In this document: positions 25,141 to 38,947 of the stretch, piece by piece
How the letters are laid out: the number at the start of each line of letters is the position of its first letter
Position numbering within the stretch: position 1 is the first letter of the stretch
DNA from: Octopus sinensis
Taxonomy: Eukaryota
NCBI RefSeq assembly: GCF_006345805.1
Contig: NC_042998.1
Location: forward strand, 96,224,001-96,288,000
Reading direction: 5' to 3'
DNA: 64,000 bases
Position numbers and translations under genes: made by a program
Notes under the pieces: model-generated
What the model was told of the DNA's origin: nothing
The model's input: the letters and a program-made list of their open reading frames with translations, nothing else
Database searches by the model: none

Positions 25141-25232
25141 TATATATATATATGTAGAAAATCCCCCCAAAACGAAGAACAAGCACAAAAAAAGCAACGC
25201 GAAGACGTGGTACATGTAAACTATTAGTTATA

Positions 25233-25273
<41 letters not shown>

Positions 25274-25315
25274 AGTAATAAATAATAAATACATATACAT
25301 ATATGCATATATGGG

Positions 25316-25374
<59 letters not shown>

Positions 25375-26189
25375 CCAGCCAGACAGACAGATAGACATGT
25401 AACATTTACGTGCGGTAAGTGGGTAATTTTGGGATGAAGTGAAATAAATTGACGTGAAATAGTCTATACTTACTAGATTATATTCAATTATTACATTATT
25501 CGAACCGCGATGAGTTGGAAGAAAACAAAAGTTGGTTTTGTGGATGACAGTTTGTTTATGTGGAAAATCTGTTGTCCAGTCCTTATCATAGCTTGTTGAA
25601 GGAAAGTAAAGGGTTCTAAGTTCGCGCTTTAGAAGTTTATTAACGCGTGGTGCTCCTGTGTGAAAATAAGTCTCGGCTAAATAGAGACAGAAGGAAACTG
25701 GTTAAATGTGTCAGAAGGGAACTTTCTGAACGTCACAGAAAGAAGCGTCTATTTTTACTGGGTTTTTTTCTCTTTCTTTTTTAGGTATCACGAATATATA
25801 CCTGTGTTAAAGCCGAACTAGGTCACTAAAATCGGTATTGCATGAGCTTATCTCGATTTACTTCTGTTTAACCAAAGATGATGGCGAATCTGACAGGTTA
25901 AACAAATGGATTTTATGTGCACTGTCCGAGAACAAAGAAAACTAACGTGAAAACTGAGGTTGCGATCGTCGTTCATGAATCCGTTGTATATCTACATATA
26001 TATCGACATTATTCCGATTCTTTTTAATGTAGTAATGACAGCTGCAGAACAAGGAAGCCGATGATTTTGTAATATCCGAAGTTCGTTTCTTCCCTGTTTC
26101 CATTGCAAAATAAGTACGTCATTCGCTTTTCATCTTTAAAAATCAATAAATTTGATTCAATTGTGACTTCCCTTGATTTTAGCTTCTTT

Positions 26190-26365
26190 ATATTTTACTT
26201 TTAATTTATTATTTCTGTCACTAGGACAACGGTTATGCTGGAACAGTGTCTAAAAGGGATTTTTAGCCCATCAAATCGACCCCAGTACATATTCTAAATC
26301 TGATACTTATTTTGTAGGTCCCTCATTGCCGATGCGCTTGGTTACAGGAACGTAAACAAACAGTT
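26190..26365 (-). mobile_element. Decayed SINE family A 3' part
   Basis: aaatcgaccccagtac..ggttacaggaacgtaaacaaac. Confidence 0.6.
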
Positions 26366-26429
26366 AACATCCAGTTTACTGTGGTAAAAAAAGTGGAAGT
26401 AACTTGTCCAAATTGTTCAAATGTTATCA

Positions 26430-26800
26430 AAGTCAATTTAGCCGTCCAACCTTTTGGAGTGAATGAAGTAAAGTACCAAACAAGGACATGAAGTTGATGT
26501 AATCAGCTTGCTCCTCCTCTCAAAATTGTTGACCTTAGAAAGGATTATTGTTATTACTAAATGATTTTATTATTTTTGTTCTGTTTAAGGCGGCGAACTG
26601 GCAGACTTGTTAGCACGCCGGACGAAACGCTTAGCAGTATTTTGTTTGTCTTCATGTTCTGAGTTCAAATACCGCTGGGGTCGGCTTTGCCTCTCATCCT
26701 TTTGGGGTCGATAAATTAAGTACCAGTTATGCACTGAGGTCGTTGTAATCGACTCATCCCCTTTCCCCAAATATCAGGCCTTGTACGTATAATAGAAACG
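26430..26800 (+). mobile_element. SINE family B (full copy 26588-26800 plus older upstream fragment)
   Basis: Family B motifs. Confidence 0.85.
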
Positions 26801-27311
26801 ATTTTTTTTCGGTTTGTGGTAATTTTTATTTTGAATTTTCTTTCCTTTAAGGGAGTGTAGCTTCTATATTTCGTAACCATTTCTCTTATATATTCAAATA
26901 AACAAAAAAAAGATGCTATTTGTCTCAAAAATAAATGTCGTTCCTTCATCCAAACTCTGGAAGCGCAAACTCTCAAATTCCTATGACTTTGTCTAGGTTA
27001 ATAAATAAATAAATAATAAATAAATATATAAATAAATGAATAAAAACTACTTTATTCCTTAAAATGGTACGTGGTAGAACAGGCTGGTAAGAAGTTTGCT
27101 TGCCAACCACATTCTTCCGGGTTCAGTCCCACTAGATGGAACTTTAGAACCACCACAGCAACAATTTATAATTCCTTAGCCTTTCTTATTTTGGCTCAAG
27201 GCCACAATTTTAGAGGAGAGCATACATCGGCCCCATTGCTCAACTGGTTCTTATTAAATGACCCATGAAAGGTGACCAGCAAAGAGGTCTGAGGTGTAGC
27301 TAACTAAATGC

Positions 27312-27354
<43 letters not shown>

Positions 27355-27371
27355 CGCGCGCGCGTGTAAGG

Positions 27372-27540
27372 CCAGAATCATTAGCACGTCCGAGTTCAAA
27401 TTCCGCTGAGGTCGACTTTGCGTTTCACCCCTTTCGTGGCCGATAAAATAAGTACCAGTTGAGCACTGGGCGTCGGTGCAATCGACTTACCCACTTCCCC
27501 GAAATTACTGGCCTTGTGCCAAAATTTGAAACCATCATTA
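27372..27540 (+). mobile_element. SINE family B, internally deleted
   Basis: gagttcaaattccgctgaggtcgactttgc..gataaaataagtaccag. Confidence 0.85.
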
Positions 27541-28146
27541 GAAACAGAAGCAGAATTAGTACCGAACAGCAAATATGAATATCTTAACGTGGATGTACAA
27601 GAAGAAAACCGCAATACTGCGGTACTTGTCCTGAGAAAGCATCTCGCATAGACGTATGTATAGTGCTATATGTATATGTTTGTGTGCGTGAGTATGTATG
27701 TATACACCCCTTCCTACAAAGCCTGTAATTTAAGCAGATGTCGTAAACGTGATGTAACTCCTGTTACTTTGTTTTGTCTTTTATGTGAGCAGCTAAAGAA
27801 ACGCAATTAGTGCGAACACTGAACGAATTGGAAATTAACAGACTGTTTAGAGCTGCCGATGTCGCATTCTTTCATACGAAAACGAATGGCGAACCATGAG
27901 AAGTGTGAACAATAACAACAGCAACATCATCATCATCATCAGCAGCAGCAGCAGTAATATCAGTAACATCTGCGGAAACACCAAGCGTGAGAACAGCAAT
28001 AACAGCGGTAACATTTGCGAGCTCTTTGCTCATAAAATACCGCCAAAAGCAACACTGAACAATAGAATCAACAAAAACTATAATAGCCAACAAAATGTTA
28101 CGACACAAAAAAGAACACGTGTGTGTGTGTGTGCGTGCGTACAAGT

Positions 28147-28432
28147 AGGCGTGTGGCCTATTGGTTAGGGTGTCACACTCACGATCTAGCGATCGTGGGT
28201 TCGATTCCTGGATCGAGCGGCGTGTTGTCATCTTAAACAAAACACTTCATTTCACGTTGCCCCAGGTCAAACAATGATAAATGGGTGACTCTTCGAAAGA
28301 CTATCTTTCCGACCAGAGGGGATGTTGGCCTGCCCACTTCTGGCATCATTCGAGAGCAAATGCAAAGCGATGCAAAGCACATTGTGACCAGCGATGTAGA
28401 ACAACATCAGGTAGTCTGATCTATCACGATCA
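28147..28432 (+). mobile_element. SINE family C (tRNA head, CORE-like box, CACGTGAT-type tail)
   Basis: TGGCCTATTGGTTAGG A-box, GGTTCGATTCC B-box, tail cattgtgaccagcgatgt shared with 37886-38090. Confidence 0.8.
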
Positions 28433-28444
28433 TCCACACACACG

Positions 28445-28489
<45 letters not shown>

Positions 28490-28692
28490 TCACGCGCTTC
28501 AATCATCAACAACTAATATCATAATACAGGTGTATAATAATGACACTTACGAAACGAGAGACACACTTGGATAATTTAGTGGTAGATAGAGAAAAAGGCA
28601 GGATGGCTAAAGCTGGAATATTTTCGACAGTGTTGGCTTGAGTCTCAAAAATATGAACAAGAAGAAAACACAACGTTAATAACAGCGATTGT

Positions 28693-28840
28693 GGCACAGA
28701 CATGGCTGTGTGGTTAAGGGGAACGTTTTGTAACCACATGGTTTTGTGTTCAATTCCACTGTGTCTTCTCGTATAGCCGGGGCGACCAATGTCTTGTGAA
28801 TGAATCTGGCCGACGGAAAGTATAGGGAAGACCATCATGT
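28693..28840 (+). mobile_element. Decayed SINE family A 5' part
   Basis: tggctgtgtggttaag..aaccacatggt..gttcaattccactg. Confidence 0.7.
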
Positions 28841-28850
28841 ATATATATAT

Positions 28851-28986
28851 GTGATGCATGTACCTAGTGTACCCTTATCAGACGGGTAGTCATGATGGGT
28901 ATACTGGGCTTCGTATATTTTACCCCAGTGTCACTTTGATGGCATGCACTGCTCTCTCACTCAATAATAATAATAATAATAATAAT

Positions 28987-28988
<2 letters not shown>
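28851..28988 (+). mobile_element. Probable 3' end of a non-LTR retroposon with (AAT)n tail
   Basis: Short unique segment ending ctctctcactc(aat)n, sitting within TA microsatellite. Confidence 0.5.
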
Positions 28989-29056
<68 letters not shown>

Positions 29057-29361
29057 GTATATTTGTAAAATTTCAGAGCCGTTCGAGATTTGAGAGTGCG
29101 TTGAGACTGAAACAATTACAGCAAAAAAATATAAAATATATAACTACTATATATAAAGAAAAAGGTAGTAATGATAATTAAATAAATATATATTCAATAC
29201 AGATAGATAAATGAAACAGAGGAATTGACCTGAAAATGGACCGAGGATTGCATGCCTAAAGTTCAAACAGCAACAATGCCGTCGAGCAACAAGTCCAAGT
29301 TTCAATAACATATTTTTAAATGAAAACAATACAAAAGTAATTCACGAATAAAATAATTGTT

Positions 29362-29765
29362 GTTTGCTTCCAAACCACATGGTTCCGAGTTCAGTCCCAC
29401 TTCTTGACACTTTGGGCAACTGTCTTCTACAGTACTCTCGGGACGACCAACGCTTTGTGATTAGATTTCATAGACAGAAAATGAAAGAAGCTCATCGCCC
29501 ATCGTGCGTGTATGTGTGTGTATGCGTGTGTGTGTCTTTGTGCCTGTACTTGCCTCTCACCACCTCTTGACAACTGGTGTTGGTGTGTTTATGTCCCCGT
29601 AAGCAAGCTGTCTGACGAAAGAGACCGATAGAATAAGTATCAGGCTTAAGAATAAATAAATAAATACTGGGGGGTCGAACGATTCGCTCGACTAAAGTTC
29701 TTCAAGGCAATGCACCAGCATGGCCGCAGTCAACTGACTGACACAAGTAGAATATAAAAGATAAA
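29362..29765 (+). mobile_element. SINE family A
   Basis: Colinear with consensus copy. Confidence 0.85.
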
Positions 29766-29774
29766 AAATAAAAT

Positions 29775-30173
29775 AGGCGCAGGAGTGGCTGTGTGGTAAG
29801 TAGCTTTCTTCCCAACCATATGGTTCTGGGTTCAGTCCTACTGCGTGACACCTTGGGCAAGTGTCTTCTACTATAGCCTCAGGCTGACCAAAGCCTTGTG
29901 AGTGGATTTGGTAGACGGAAACTGGAAGAAGCCCGTTGTATATATGTATATATATGTATGTGTGTGTATATGTTTGTGTGTCCGTTTGTCCCCCCAACAT
30001 CGCTTGGAGTGTCTATGTCCCCGTAACTTAGCGGTTCGGCAAAAAAGACTGATAAAATAAGTACTAGGCTTACAAAGAATAAGTCCTGGGGTCGATTTGC
30101 TCGACTAAAGGCGGTGCTCCAACATGGCCGCATTCAAACGACTGAAACGAGTAAATGACTAAAGACTAAAGAC
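29775..30173 (+). mobile_element. SINE family A, full length
   Basis: AGGCGCAGGAGTGGCTGTGTGG head to GACTAAA-repeat tail. Confidence 0.9.
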
Positions 30174-30267
30174 ATATATTGGTAAGCTTAAGAAATATTA
30201 CAACCAGAAAGAAAAACAAGAGAAACAGAGGAACAACGGAAATGAATGAACCCACTTGAACCTCGGT

Positions 30268-30660
30268 CTCTTTTATCTTTTACTTGTTTCAGTTATTGGA
30301 CTACGGCCATGTTGCGGTACTACCTTGAAGGGTGCTTTAGTTGAACAAATCGATTCTAGTATTTATTTTTTGATGAGCCGCAATGTTACAGGGACGTGAA
30401 CAAGCCAACACTGGTTGTCAAGCAGTGGTGAAGTCAAACACAAATACGAAGACCTACATATCCATTATATGTATGTATGTATACACATACATACACAGGA
30501 CGGGCTTCTTTCAGTTTCCCTTCACCAAATCCACTCACAAGGCTTTGATCATCCCAGGACTATAGTGGAAGACACTTGCTCAAGGTGTTGTACAGTGGGA
30601 CTGTAACTAAGACCACATGGTTCGGAAGCAAGTGTCTTACCACAGAGCCACGCCTATACC
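30268..30660 (-). mobile_element. SINE family A, inverted
   Basis: Reverse complement of consensus. Confidence 0.9.
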
Positions 30661-30686
30661 TATATATATATATATATATATATATT

Positions 30687-30848
30687 ACGGTTTTCCACAG
30701 TTTCCATGCTCGGTTTTTACTCAGAAAGCATTGGTTAGGCTAAGGCTATAGTAAAAGACACTTCCTCGTGGTGCCATCCAACAGGACAAAGCCCAAAACC
30801 ACGTGATTCGAAAGTGAGCTTCTTAATCATACAGCTACTCTTGTGCCT
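30687..30848 (-). mobile_element. Decayed SINE family A 5' part
   Basis: ggctatagtaaaagacactt..cttcttaatcatacagc. Confidence 0.65.
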
Positions 30849-31656
30849 ACACCACACAATCGGTATCAGCATATGCGACTAAAATGTGTCATTGACCATG
30901 TTGGATATGTGCGACGAAACATTTAGTCATTTCATAACATACAACATTATTCAAAACATAAAATGAAAATTGAATATAATAGTTTTTGTGTGTTCTTAAA
31001 TGGGCTAAAATGACTCTTTCACGATGTAATTGTCTGTTTGTAAAGATGACTCAGAAATTTGTTGATGCTTGTAAAAGATTAATAGTCACCAAAGCAATTA
31101 ATCTAAAGGTGTCTTCCTGCTGTAATTGTGCCATGCCTGCTTAGCATTGCTGGCGCAAAGGGGTGGTGATATATGTTGTTATTACAATGCCACTTCTCAA
31201 CAGCAATATCCTGACAACAAAGCTACTCAATACAATATGCTAACAGCTGTACCCTATTTGCCATGGACATGTTGCAGTTGTTTGTCTTCCTAATATGACA
31301 TCTGACAATAGCAAAGACAATATAAATACGTTATTAAAGGCTATCCAGGCAAATTAGTCATTTGACAATCATTTTCATTAATACCACAGGCACTAGATAG
31401 TATATAACATCATATATTATATAATATATTAAATTATATCTTGTAATATATTGTATTACATAATGTTATATCATGTACTATATCATATGCCTTCAAGGAG
31501 TGTACTAATCTTCATTTCTGGATCGTTCAGTACAATATTAATGCTTCTAAAAGCATTTTCGGCGATATATCTATGAAATGTTATTCGGTTAGTTTGTATT
31601 CTAAAGAAAGCCATATGTTATCTATCGTGTATGAGCATGCCTCTCTCACTTGTTGT

Positions 31657-31715
<59 letters not shown>

Positions 31716-31739
31716 ACACACACACACACATAGGTGAGG

Positions 31740-31886
31740 TGTGTGGTAAGAAGTTTGCTTCCCAACCACGTGGTTACGAGTTCAGTCCCACTGCGTGGCA
31801 CCTTGGATAAGTGTCTTCTATTATAGTCTCGGGCTGACCAAAAGCCTTGTGAGTTGATTACGTAGATGGAAACTGAAAGAAGCCTG

Positions 31887-31980
<94 letters not shown>

Positions 31981-32185
31981 TATATGTATGTATGTATATA
32001 TATATATACACACATACATACATATATATATATATATATGATTGTATATATTTGTGTGTCTGTGTTTGTAGCCCCCACCATCGCTTGACAACCGATGTTA
32101 ATATGTTTACGTCCCCGTAACTTAACAGTTCGGCAAAGTCTGGTAAATTAAGTACAAAGAATAAGTCCTGGGGTCAATTTGTTGT
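31740..32185 (+). mobile_element. SINE family A with expanded internal microsatellite
   Basis: Colinear with consensus copy. Confidence 0.85.
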
Positions 32186-32247
32186 TTGTTGATCAAAAAA
32201 GTTTTCTCCATTTTCTGATTATTTAAATTATATATACATATATATAT

Positions 32248-32372
32248 CACTTGATCACTTGATCACTTGACCGACCAGACCATCAGATGTTGCTACACAT
32301 CGCTGGTCACAATGCGTTCGCATTGTTTTAGCCTTCGAACGACGCCACCCCGCTGGCTATGCGAGCAGGCCA
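32248..32372 (-). mobile_element. SINE family C tail
   Basis: Reverse complement of the 38005-38090 tail with (CACTTGAT)3 terminal repeats. Confidence 0.8.
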
Positions 32373-32381
32373 CACACACAC

Positions 32382-32479
<98 letters not shown>

Positions 32480-32485
32480 ATATAT

Positions 32486-32674
32486 GGAGGGAGAATTCAC
32501 AAAAAACACAAAAGACGAAGACAAGTGGTGTAGTCAACAAACAGATGTATTAGTTTAACTCGCTTGGGAAGTGAAAAAGTCTTTAACGTTTCGAGCCTAC
32601 GCTCTTCCATAGAAAGAAAGGAACACAGAAAGAAGCAGGGAGAGAATATAAAGAATGTGTAGAGGCTAGCGATG
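32486..32674 (-). mobile_element. Hammerhead-like element H1, copy 2 (motif 32580-32617)
   Basis: Reverse complement TCTTT-CTATGGA-A-GAGC GTAG GCTC-GAAAC-GTT-AAAGA; adjoins (TA)n. Confidence 0.8.
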
Positions 32675-33210
32675 CATGCTTGTAATGTGTATATATATCT
32701 CTAATTTTATCCTTATAAAAAACAAAGTTTGTTTGTTTGTTTTTTTTTTTTTGCACGTTCACCGCTGAAATACTAAATACAATTGATATTTCAGGTTTTT
32801 CGTGTCTTTTAAATTAATTTGACCATTCTGTAGATAACTGTACTCTTATTTTCCAAAAAACGGATTGTGGAGGTGGGTGGAGTGAATCGTTAGTGTATTG
32901 GCTCCTATTTCTAGCAATCCACGTACTATCTATTTTACCGTAATGCTTTTTATAGAGTGAAAAAATACTCCACCTCACTCAGTTCACCTCCTCACTGGAT
33001 GTTGTAAGGGAGACCTAAAATATCGCTACTACCAACAGATGTCCCCTTTCGTTTCAAACGATTGCAATTCCCAGTGAGAGTCAGTTACGCAATGACCATT
33101 AACAAATCCTAAGGTCAAACACTGGTCAATTGTATGAAGGTTGTTCCAGAGTAGGAAGCCCACAGAAACTCTTCATACATGCTCCAAAGAAATAAATTAC
33201 AAACATTGTA

Positions 33211-33750
33211 TTGGGTTGCCCGGAAAGTTCGTGCCGATTTATAGTAGCTTACCTTTCGACTTATTTCAGAACATGGTTGAGTCCATAAAATGGGATTTGA
33301 CTACACCTCCTCGTGGAAGAAGGTTTATGTTCCTATAACCTGTGTTAATTCTGTAACCCTTTAAAATGGAAGATAAGAAAGTTCATTTTCGGCACTTGAT
33401 GCTTTGGGAACCAGACAAAAATTGCTGCAGCTCGGCTGGGATGTGTTACCCCACCCTCCATATTCACCAGATATTGCTCCTTCGGATTTCTACTTATTCA
33501 GGTCTCTGCAGAATAGTCTTAATGATAAAAATTTCAGTTCCTTGGATGACGTAAAAAAGATACCTTGATGAATTCTTTGCCATGAAACCACCTCAATTCT
33601 GGGAAGAGGGTATTTTCAAGTCAAAGGAAAGATAGAGACGCATTGTGCAACAAAATGGTTCATATTTGGTTGATTAAAAATGTAATGGCAAGTATTTATT
33701 GACCTTCTTCTTTCCTTTAAAAATCGGCAAGAACTTTCCGGACATCCCAA
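33211..33750 (+). mobile_element. Internally deleted mariner transposon
   Basis: 30-bp TIRs (33211-33240 / 33721-33750) with TA TSDs; MEDKKVHFRHLMLWE fused to LLQLGWDVLPHPPYSPDIAPSDFYLFRSLQNSL. Confidence 0.95.
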
Positions 33751-34859
33751 TATTAATATATACTGAAGTTCTGTAAATGTTTTATAATTTTCATACAATA
33801 CATTTCTCTATTATTTTCTATTTTACTTTCTGTATTTAGATATTCTAAACAGATTTTTAAAATTATGTTATGCAGTATTTAAATACCTTTTAACAACTTT
33901 CATTGAAAGGAAAATGGGCATTATGATAGATGCCAATATGTGCCTTATGAATACATTTTAACACCGATCAGTCCGGGTCGAAGGCTGGGAGGCCCGCTAG
34001 TGTACACACACGCGCACGCACTCACATATGTAAAGTGAAAAATGGAAATAAGCAATAATAAAGATTATGTACATTGAAATTAAATATGCCAGTGAAAGAA
34101 GTAAAAAAAAATCTAACATTCCGTGTTATAACTTTCATCAAACAGAAGGAAAAGGAATAAAGTGAAGAGAAAAAGAAATAGGAGAGATACCACATGAATG
34201 ACGCCCGTTTATATTGCATATTGTGTGTGTGTGTGTGGTGTGTGTGTGTGTGGTGTGTGTGTGTGTGCGTGCGTGCGTGAGTGTCTGTGTGTGTGTGTAG
34301 TTTGTACCTATCATCGACCCAGAGACGGTAAAGATGTCAGTGAAGTGAAATAGTTTCAAATGGGATTGAAACAGTCCTGAAATCGAGGTCAATTCGCTTT
34401 AGAGTAAGACCGACATGGTGGTAAACAAAAACAAGAAGATGAACAAAAGCACGCAATTAAATCACTCAGAGTTGCAACAAATGCTACGCCTCGCTTCGAT
34501 ATTTCAAATGATTTCTCAAAGCAGCCATGTTGAGTGTTACTTAAGATATCATACACTGAACATTGCCTAATCCCCTAGAGTACCCACGATTTTTGAATTA
34601 ATTCATTTCCATTTCGATTCGTTTCTTTCTTTATTTATTTATCTATTTACCTTTTTTTTTTTGGTATTACAGACACTATTCTGTGAAAGTTTAAGCGGAA
34701 TATCAACCATATTGATCTCGTCTGTGTGAATGGGCTTAAAATATGCCGACTACAAATGGATTTAATCGTATTTTGTACTGACCTATCTATCTTTTGTTAT
34801 GAGTTTAATATTGATTCTAACACGACCCAATGGGTACAAGATCTTGATGAGAAATTATT

Positions 34860-35415
34860 TTATTCATTTTAGAAGAATGAAAAAGGAAGCAAACCTCGAG
34901 TGATTTAATATCGGAACGTGAAAAGAAATACAAATAAATATTGTGAGGCTCTTTATCCGAAACTTAGTGGGTCTGCTAGTAAGAGACCCTTTTTAATCAG
35001 CCAACATTTATTTCAAATTTTGGCACAAGGCCAGGAATTTCGTAACACAGGGGTAAGTCGATTACACCGATGCCAGTGCTCAACTGATTCTATTTTATCG
35101 ACCCCGAAAGGGTGAAAGGCAAAGTTGACTTCGGTGGAACTTGAACTCAGAGCGTAAAAGACGGACTAAATGCCGCAAAGCATTTTGTCCAATGTGCTAG
35201 CGGTTCTACCAGCTCGCTGCCTTTTTGTAACAACAATACTGGTTTCAAATTTTGGCACAAGGCCAGCAATTTTCGGGGGCGGGGTTAAGTCAATTACATC
35301 GACGCCAGTGATCAACTGGAACTTATGTTATCGACTTTGAGAGGATGAAAGGAGACGTCAACCCCAGCTGAATTTGAACTCAGAACGTAAAAACTGACGA
35401 AATGCTGATAAGCTT
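34860..35415 (-). mobile_element. Tandem SINE family B copies (about 3)
   Basis: tttcaaattttggcacaaggccag tails at about 35010 and 35243. Confidence 0.85.
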
Positions 35416-35614
35416 TCCGATGATTATCTACATCTCATGCGACCTGCTTTTAGAAAAAGGTTGCCCATGTCTGCTCTGGGGAGTTGAACTTTCGTTTTCA
35501 TAATTTTCAAGGTCAATAAAAGAAGTACCGTACTGTAGGCGGACTGACTGTAATTGATATTCTGTTAAAGTTTAATCAAGGAGGGAGCGGTAATGCTACT
35601 TAGTTATGTAATTA

Positions 35615-35930
35615 ATGGGGTACAAGGGAGTGGCCTGCGCCAGGGGACGCTGTTGTGAGTGCAGTAGTTTTAAGTCTGCTGTATAAGCCTGTATACGCTT
35701 CATAGTTCAGGAGGGGGCAGCGAACTCAAGGGCTGGCCCCAGGCAGCATTGCCCATCGGCTTTCATTTCTTTCAGGGCACCTCCAACTGGTGATGGGAGG
35801 AGAGATAGTTATCATCTATCTATTCGAATACTTGTAACGGAGCGAACTCTGCTAGAAGCATCCAAGGATCTAGTAGGACTGGCCCTAAGGTTGCCGGCAC
35901 CCGGACAAGCTAAACTTCAGCGCCTTTATA
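35615..35930. mobile_element. Possible hAT-type MITE ends
   Basis: GC-rich motifs gggctggccccaggcagca and ggactggccctaaggttgccggcacccggacaagc are typical of hAT subterminal regions; no TSD resolved. Confidence 0.35.
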
Positions 35931-37556
35931 AATATATTTTTTTAATAATTTTCACAAGGAGCAAAACCTGCAGATGTCGAAATAAAGTGTTTATTACAAT
36001 TTATTAAATATAGGACGAAAAATAAATTATTTTATTTATTATGTTCATTTCTCTCTCTAATTTTGAAGATCCCAAAGTCATGAGGTGGTGGCTTCATTCA
36101 CATGTCACCTCTGACAACTGCCTGGGTTGCAATCACTTTTAAGCCGATTGTGGAACCAGAGGGTGGTGTTAAACCGAATGAGGCAATAAGTCTGTCACAA
36201 ATCGACTATACTCTTCTCTTACTAATATATGGCATCATGTTTGTCAATCGGACAAATCAGTATTTATTGAAATAAAAGAGACTTGCGGTTTAGAGACATG
36301 CTTTAACGTTCGGTTGAATGTTATACAGTTCTCAGTTTAGTCCCTCAACTGTCCACCAATTGAGATTATATGGACTTCCAACGGACGCTGGAAATGTTGA
36401 GGGGTATCTATGACGCTCAATAATTTTCAGAAACAACAGCAATCAGATATTCACGTTCGAATCTGCCAGAACATACCGAGAATGAACAGATAAATCATTA
36501 TTCGGATTCTCATTGTTCTGCGTGCACCTCATGAATTATCTATTTGGAAGACATCTACATGCAACAGCAAATAATTTGTTTTGCTGATTTCAATAAACAA
36601 GAATGTGTACTTCTGTTAGATTCCAGTTGTGGAGCCTTGATTGAGGAGACACACAATAAGATCGAAACACCACAGTATCTCAAAATCCCGATGACACCGA
36701 TGAATTGCGTATATTATGAATGCACATCGTTTAAAGGAAGCAGATATTCTCCGAGTGCGAAAAACAACAGCAATCAAGATATTCACGATTGAATCTGTCA
36801 AAACAGATTCAGAATGAAGAGATATGTTTTGTTTGAATTTTCATTATTCTGCATCTTCCTCATGTATTATACAACCAGCTTATTTATCAGTAGTTCACAC
36901 AGAATCCCTTACAACATTTCATGGGACCGTAGTGTTACAGAAAACCCCGGTTGGAAGACGTGATAGAGAAAAGGAGAAAATATCAATTCGTTCAACATTC
37001 ATTTGTTTACGGTTTTATTCTCTGTCAACATTTGCCAAAATATGGTGTCAGCAACTAGGGCTTTCAATAAAAATTTATCAGGATTGAATAAGATTGCTTT
37101 TGGGCTACATTAAGTGTGAGTCCTCAAGAGGTCCAAAGGGACTGTAATATGTTTTATTTCATTTTACTTTTTAGGGGTTGCCCCAGCAGATAATCATGGG
37201 ATCATCCTTAGCTCTCTGTATCCTAAACCAATGCACTGGTTAGTCCCCGCATCTCGTAGAGAACATGCGTGCAGCTTTCTATAGTTAATACCTGACCAAG
37301 TCTATAACCAGATCTAGCTGTACATATCTGTGCATGTTCTTATACTACTGATTGTATAAGATTAACGACTTAATGGGGCATTTAAGACATAACGTTTTAA
37401 TTCCGTTGATCCGCTTTAACCCTTTTAATCGTCGATTAAGCGTCACAAGTTTTACGAGATGATTGATTTGTTTATTTTTGGTAACTTTTATGTAAACAAG
37501 GATTCGAAACTTTGCATAATGATACATTCCATGAGACTACTGCATTTTTATAGACC

Positions 37557-37619
<63 letters not shown>

Positions 37620-37885
37620 CTCACAAGACATACAAACGGAAAACATCTTGCTTGGCGCGCCGCACGCACACACACCAAACATACACATACGCGCGCGCGT
37701 GTGAAGTAACATGCATAAAAGAAAACCAGTATCGTTCTTTTCTTAAGATAAAGGCGAGGCGTGTATATAACGTTTTCGGTTTGAAACACGGATACTTGAC
37801 CAAGGAAATGATATGCAGAATATGTATGTTTATTTTAGTGATTTACTTTCCATGTGTCATTCCGTTTAAGCTATTTTTATATACA

Positions 37886-38090
37886 TGGCCCAGTGGTTAG
37901 GGCAGCGGACTCACGGTCGTAGGATCGCGATTTCGATTCCCAGACCGGGCGTTGTAAGTGTTTATTGAGCGAAAACACCTAAAAGCTCCACGAGGCTCCG
38001 GCATTTGAAGGCTAAAACAATGCGAAGCGCATTGTGACCAGCGATGTGTAGCAACATCTGATAGCCTGGTCGGTCACGTGATCACGTGAT
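37886..38090 (+). mobile_element. tRNA-derived SINE (family C-type tail)
   Basis: TGGCCCAGTGGTTAGG..TTCGATTCC head; tail GTCACGTGATCACGTGA. Confidence 0.85.
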
Positions 38091-38516
38091 ATATATATAT
38101 ATATACACACACACATATATTTATAGATATAGAACTATACATACATACATATATAGTCGAGCAATATATTCCAAGTTACGTCATATAACTTGTGAGAATG
38201 TTATTGACTGTTTCTCCCTGACGTTTGAACTTAAAGACTGAGAGAGAATGAGAGACTCAAAAAAAGAATTCCATAGTTGATTTCTTGTCATTCGACATTG
38301 AACTTTCATTCAAGTTTCTTTCCTTTTATCGTTTCATTGAATTAGCATTATCGCTATTCGAACTTCGAACTGGAAATCATTACAAATATTTTAATTGATA
38401 TCCATCTTCTAATGACCATTAGATTCATACATTTCAGCCGCTTAAAATTCAGGGTTATACATGCCATAACAGTAGAATGCAAACTGATGCTTTTCGTCAT
38501 TTTGTCTTATTTCATG

Positions 38517-38880
38517 GCTTCCCAACCATGTGGTTCCGAGTTCAGTTCCACGGTGTGACATCTTGAGTATCTGTCTTCTGTTATAGCATCAAGACCGCCC
38601 TAAATATTGTGAGTAGCTTTGTTAGACAGAAACAGAAAGAAGCCCGTCGTATATAAATGTGTGCTTGAGTGTGTGTGTGTGTGTCCCACCACTGTTTCAC
38701 AACCCGTGTTGGTTTGTTTGTCTCGATAACATAGATGTTCGACAAAAAGAGACCGATACAATAAGAACCAGGTTTAAAAGAAAACGTAAGTACTGGGATC
38801 GATTTTTTTCCGACTAAACCCTTTAAGGCGGTGCCCCAGTATGACCACAGTCCAAAGAACGAAACAAGTAAAAGATAAAA
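38517..38880 (+). mobile_element. SINE family A
   Basis: Colinear with consensus copy. Confidence 0.85.
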
Positions 38881-38947
38881 TATAATAGATTTATTTGAGA
38901 GAGGACTGATCAATACTTTATTCATTATGTCACTATGATAGGGACGA

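Noticed and set aside
37886-37950. Possible tRNA gene (also 28147 and 38948)
   Set aside because: A/B boxes run straight into SINE bodies, and no proper cloverleaf or terminator is present.
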